Below, in pieces: positions 59,690-64,000 of a DNA stretch of 64,000 nucleotides. This DNA is from Mustelus asterias. Its lineage: Eukaryota. Below the pieces are notes generated by a model that was not told the DNA's origin, did no database searches, and saw only the letters and a list, made by a program, of their open reading frames with translations. A program made the position numbers and the translations under genes. The stretch covers positions 19,468,001 through 19,532,000 of the forward strand of contig NC_135830.1 of NCBI RefSeq assembly GCF_964213995.1, written 5' to 3'. How positions within the stretch are numbered: the stretch's first letter is position 1; each line of letters begins with the position of its first letter.

Positions 59690-60345
59690 ATGGCAAATGG
59701 GATGTTGGCCTATATCGCGAGGGGGATAGAATATAAAAGCAGAAATGTCTTGCTGCATCTGTACAGGGCATTGGTGAGGCCGCAGCTGGAATACTGTGTG
59801 CAGTATTGGTCCCCTTATATGAGGAAGGATATATTGGCCTTGGAGGGAGTGCAGAGAAGGTTCACCAGGTTGATACCGGAGATGAGGGGTTTGGATTATG
59901 AGGAGAGGCTGAGGAGATTGGGTTTGTACTCGTTGGAGTTTAGAAGGATGAGGGGGGATCTTATGGAGACTTATAAGATAATGAAGGGGCTGGATAGGGT
60001 GGAGGCGGAGAGATTCTTTCCACTTAGCAAGGAAGTTAAAACTAGAGGGCACAGCCTCAAAATAAAGGGGGGTCAGTTTAGGACAGAGTTGAGGAGGAAC
60101 TTCTTCTCCCAGAGGGTGGTGAATCTCTGGAATTCTCTGCCCACTGAGGTGGTGGAGGCTACCTCGCTGAATATGTTAAAAGCGCGGATGGATGGATTCC
60201 TGATCGGTAAGGGAATTAAGGGTTATGGGGATCAGGCGGGTAAGTGGTACTGATCCACGTCAGATCAGCCATGATCTTATTGAATGGCGGGGCAGGCTCG
60301 AGGGGCTAGATGGACTACTCCTGCTCCTATTTCTTATGTTCTTAT
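59690..60345 (+). mobile_element. Young CR1 3' fragment
   Basis: Open ORF 59654..60253 and tail. Confidence 0.92.
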
Positions 60346-60384
60346 GAATATCAACCTCTATTGAATCTTCAAAACAAAATCTAC

Positions 60385-61150
60385 AACTCGTAGCAGACAT
60401 GCCAAATTGCCTTAGCCTCCTGAGAAAGTAGAGGCGTTGGTGGGCTTTCTTAACTATAGTGTCGGTGTGGAGGGACCAGGACAAGTTGTTGGTGATCTGG
60501 ACACCTAGAAACTTGAAGCTCTCCAGCATTTATCCTTCATCCCCATTGATGTGGACAGGGATATGCCCTCCTCTCCGCTTCCTGACATTGAAGGAAGTTA
60601 TTGTTGTTGTACCTTTTCACCAGATTCTCTATCTCTTTCCTGTATTCTGTCTCGTCATTGTTTGAGATCCGACCCACTACGGTGGTGTCGTCAGCAAACT
60701 TGAAAATTGGATTGGAGGCGAATTTGGCCACACAGTCAGAGGTGCATAAGGAGTATATTTATTTATTTATTCATCACAAATAGGCTTACATTCACACTGC
60801 AATGAAGTTACTGTGAAAAATCCCCCAGTCACCACACTCCGGCACCTGTTCGGGTACACTGAGAGAGAATTTAGCACGGCCAATCATCCTAACCAGCACA
60901 TCTTCGGGCTGTGGGAGGAAACCGGAGCAACCGGAGGAAACCCACGCAGACACGGGGAGAACATGCAGACTCCGCACAGACAGGGACCCAAGCCGGGAAT
61001 CGAACCTGGGTCCCTGGCACTGTGAGGCAGCAGTGCTAACCACTGCGCCACCGTATCGTGGAGGAGATGTTGTTGCCTATCCTTACTGATTGCGGTCTGT
61101 GGGTTAGGAAGCCTAGGATCCAGTCACAGAGGGAGGAGCTGAGCCCTGGG
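60385..61150 (-). mobile_element. Rex1 RT fragment split by an alternative-tail V-SINE (60757-61055)
   Basis: KFADDTTVVGRISNNDETEYR and AHQRLYFLRRL motifs. Confidence 0.85.
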
Positions 61151-61649
61151 CCTCATTTTTAGTGAGTTATTAAATATGAGCAGTAATGTCTCTGCTATCT
61201 CTTCCCTCGGTTCTTTTAAAATGTTTGGATGTAATCCATTCATACCAGGAGATTTATAAGTACTAGGGGATTATAAGTACATTACCTGTACTTATCTGAA
61301 AACTCATGCCATCATTCAATGACTCAACTTCCTGTTCTATCTCCCTCATAAATACTGAAAGAAACAATGATTTAGTATTTGTGCTATCTCTCTATGATTT
61401 GTCCTATCTTATTCCTTAATTCCTATTTTCATTCCAGCCCTACTCTTTTATAGATGTTGTTGTGTTCCCTCTGTACTGCAGTGGAATCGTCGTTGACATC
61501 TTCCACTGACTAAGATGATGTACATGCAGCAAAACAAATCTGCTGGGGATAGAAGGAAGTTCATATAGTTTACTTTTACTGATGGTTAAAAAGATCAATC
61601 CCAGAGAGGCAAGCTCTGCCACAAGTTGTTTATTAATTAGTGTCGGGGT

Positions 61650-61925
61650 AGGCTGACATTAACACTGCAATGAAGTTAATGTGAAAATCCGCTCGTCATA
61701 CTCTGGCGCCTGTTCGGGTACACTGAGGGAGAATTTAGCACGGCCATTGCTCCTAACCTGCACGTCTTTCGGGCTGTGGGAGGAAACCGGAGCACCCGGA
61801 AAAAACCCACACAGACACAGGGAGAATGTGCAGAGTCCACACAGACAGTGACCCAAGCCGGGAATCAAACCCGGGTCCCTGGCGCTGTGACGCAGCAGTG
61901 CTAACTACTGGGTCACCGTGCCACC
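61650..61925 (-). mobile_element. V-SINE with alternative tail
   Basis: Head, V-domain, tail. Confidence 0.82.
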
Positions 61926-62279
61926 CTCTTATGAAGCGGTTTTCAGATGTGGGTTGTGGGTTGTTATTTTCAATGTTGGTGCCGGTTACCAAACCGCTGT
62001 TTGCCACTGCGATACACACTGGCTGGACCATTTTCCTCTGTCAGTGGCTCGTGTCTCCCAGATGAAAATCGATGTTTTGTACAAGGGGAGAATCAGTTAC
62101 AGGGATCAGCCTGGCAATCCATGGGTCTTTGGAACAGAGAGGGAAGTGGTTAGCAAGGTGCGGCAGTAGATTGTTTTGCAAACCGAGATCATTTTTCAAT
62201 CAATACATCCTGTGGAACAGAACTTAGCTGCTGAGAAGAAGGACATCAGGAAGGTGTGGCAGTTGATGGGACTTTCCGT

Positions 62280-62555
62280 ATTTGGCCCATCAAGTCTGCA
62301 CTGACCACAATCCCACCCATGCCCTATTCCCATGATCCCACACATTTACCTTGCTAATCCCCCTGACACTCTGGGGCAATTTAGCGGGGTCAATCCACCG
62401 AACCCGCACATCTTTGGAGTGTGGGAGGAAACCGGAGCACCGGGATGAAACCACGCAGACATGGAGAGAACGTGCAAACTCCATACAGACCGTGACCCAA
62501 GACCAGGAATCGAACCCAGGTCCCTGGCGCTGTGAGACAGCAGTGCTCACCACTG
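62280..62555 (-). mobile_element. HE1-type V-SINE (older)
   Basis: V-domain, B box, partial tail. Confidence 0.8.
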
Positions 62556-62689
62556 TATGTCCAGATGTCCCCTGTTGTTGTTTCACTCTCGGCTATCACC
62601 TTTATTTTTGTGTATTTTGATGGGTTTTTTTGCATCACACATCTCCTGTAGAACAGATTCTATCTCCCAACAGAGAATCAGGAGGCCAT

Positions 62690-62945
62690 GAAGGTGTGAC
62701 AGTCCATGGGAGTTTCCGTGTCTGAGCAGTTCAGCTGGAACTCCATCCTTGCTGGGGGCCTTTCTGGTGGCTCAGCAATCAATGGCCTTTTCCAGCTCAA
62801 GTGATGAGGGTTCCTCGTCCAACTCAACCATGACAGGAAGCTGCAGGAGAGTCAAAACAGAGACTGGGAGATGTCCATCTCAGGGGAATACAGCTCACAG
62901 TCGTGTTCAACCCAGTGGGACATCTGTTTACTTCCGTTGGTGAGA
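62690..62945 (-). mobile_element. RTE LINE fragment
   Basis: Reverse-complement match to 15750-16000. Confidence 0.75.
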
Positions 62946-63109
62946 ATCTGCAGATCTCAGGGGGGCAAGAAGCGCCATTTTGATCCAGTTACGAAGGGGA
63001 AGGTTGATCTCCTCTCTGAGAACCAACCTTTGACCACTCAAAGAAAAGTACCTCCCTTCATAATCTTGTTAAAGTGTGTGAGAAGGGGGATTATCTGCAC
63101 TTCAACAAC

Positions 63110-63485
63110 TTTTGATTTGATTTGATTTATTCTTGTCACATGTATTAACATACAGTGGAAAAGTATTGTTTCTTGCGCGCTCGACAGAGAAAACATCCCA
63201 TTCATAGAGAAGGAAAGGAGAGAGTGCAGAATGTAGTGTTACAGTCATAGCTAGGGTGTAGAGAAAGATCAACTTAATGCGAGGTAGGTCCATTCAAAAG
63301 TCTGAAAGCAGCAGGGAAGAAGCTGTTCTTGAGTCGGTTGGTACGTGACCTCAGACTTTTGTATCTTTTTCCCAAAGGAAGAAGGTGGAAGAGTGTCCGG
63401 GGTACGTGGGGTCCTTGATTATGCTGGCTGCTTTGCCGAGGCAGCGGGAAGTGTAGACAGAGTCAATGGATGGGAGGTTGGTTTT
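63110..63485 (-). mobile_element. Rex1 3' end
   Basis: Tail and C-terminal codons as at 24008. Confidence 0.88.
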
Positions 63486-64000
63486 AGTGGTCAAATCAAA
63501 ATAACTACCTGAGACTCCTTCTAAAAAAAAAGCAAGTAACACTTTATTTATCTAACTAACAGTAAACAGGTTCACTAAACTATTAACAAACCCAATAAAA
63601 CACTATTCTAATGGAATGCTCTTTAGATAAATACAATTCCCACTTATTAACAAAAAGAAATAGAATTTTAGTCGCTCTCAAAACATCAACCGGGGTTGTC
63701 ATCTTCCGGAATCTTCTATCTTCTTTATCTTCTGTTTCACTATCTTTTGTTGGTACCTTTACGATTGAGATGAGGCTCTTTTAAGACATAAATGTGGCTA
63801 TTACGCTGCTACAGACAGTTGTTGTCTGTGTGTCTCTCTCTCTCAAGCTGTGATCTGTGGCAGATGCTGGCTGTCTGGATGTGGCTGGCTGGCATTCTGG
63901 AGCTGGGAGCTGTGGCTTTTGTACCCCTGAAGACATACCCAAAAATCCCCGCCCGAGGATTGGTTTACCGGTTATCAAAACATCAAATTCAAATCTGATA

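Overview
Eukaryotic, repeat-saturated DNA from a cartilaginous fish, inferred from about 30 copies of an HE1-type tRNA-derived V-SINE and shark-type CR1 LINEs. There are no prokaryotic features. Host genes: five KRAB-less tandem C2H2 zinc-finger genes (9-15 fingers each, single coding exon) arranged around three CpG-rich promoters, two pairs head-to-head. There is also a T-cell-receptor alpha/delta V-segment pseudogene (leader exon, V exon, RSS with 22-bp spacer) that is hidden by a Rex1 insertion. Most of the rest is nested retroelements: CR1 (one full-length copy, one near-complete ORF2), Rex1, RTE, Tx1, L2, Penelope relics with a hammerhead core, solo LTRs and two SINE classes. A ~2.2-kb tandem duplication arose between two SINE copies. 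The most unusual signal is a ~440-bp passenger module in the 3' UTR of one CR1 subfamily (two filled copies, one empty). It is flanked by 23-bp direct repeats, carries a multi-stem pseudoknotted RNA fold, and contains a 30-nt copy of the CR1 reverse-transcriptase coding sequence. Another CR1 copy is 5'-truncated exactly in the middle of that 30-nt site. The full-length CR1 also has a canonical U_UUA_AAC slippery heptamer at its ORF1/ORF2 junction. All alignments and folds were done by eye, and repeat boundaries are approximate.
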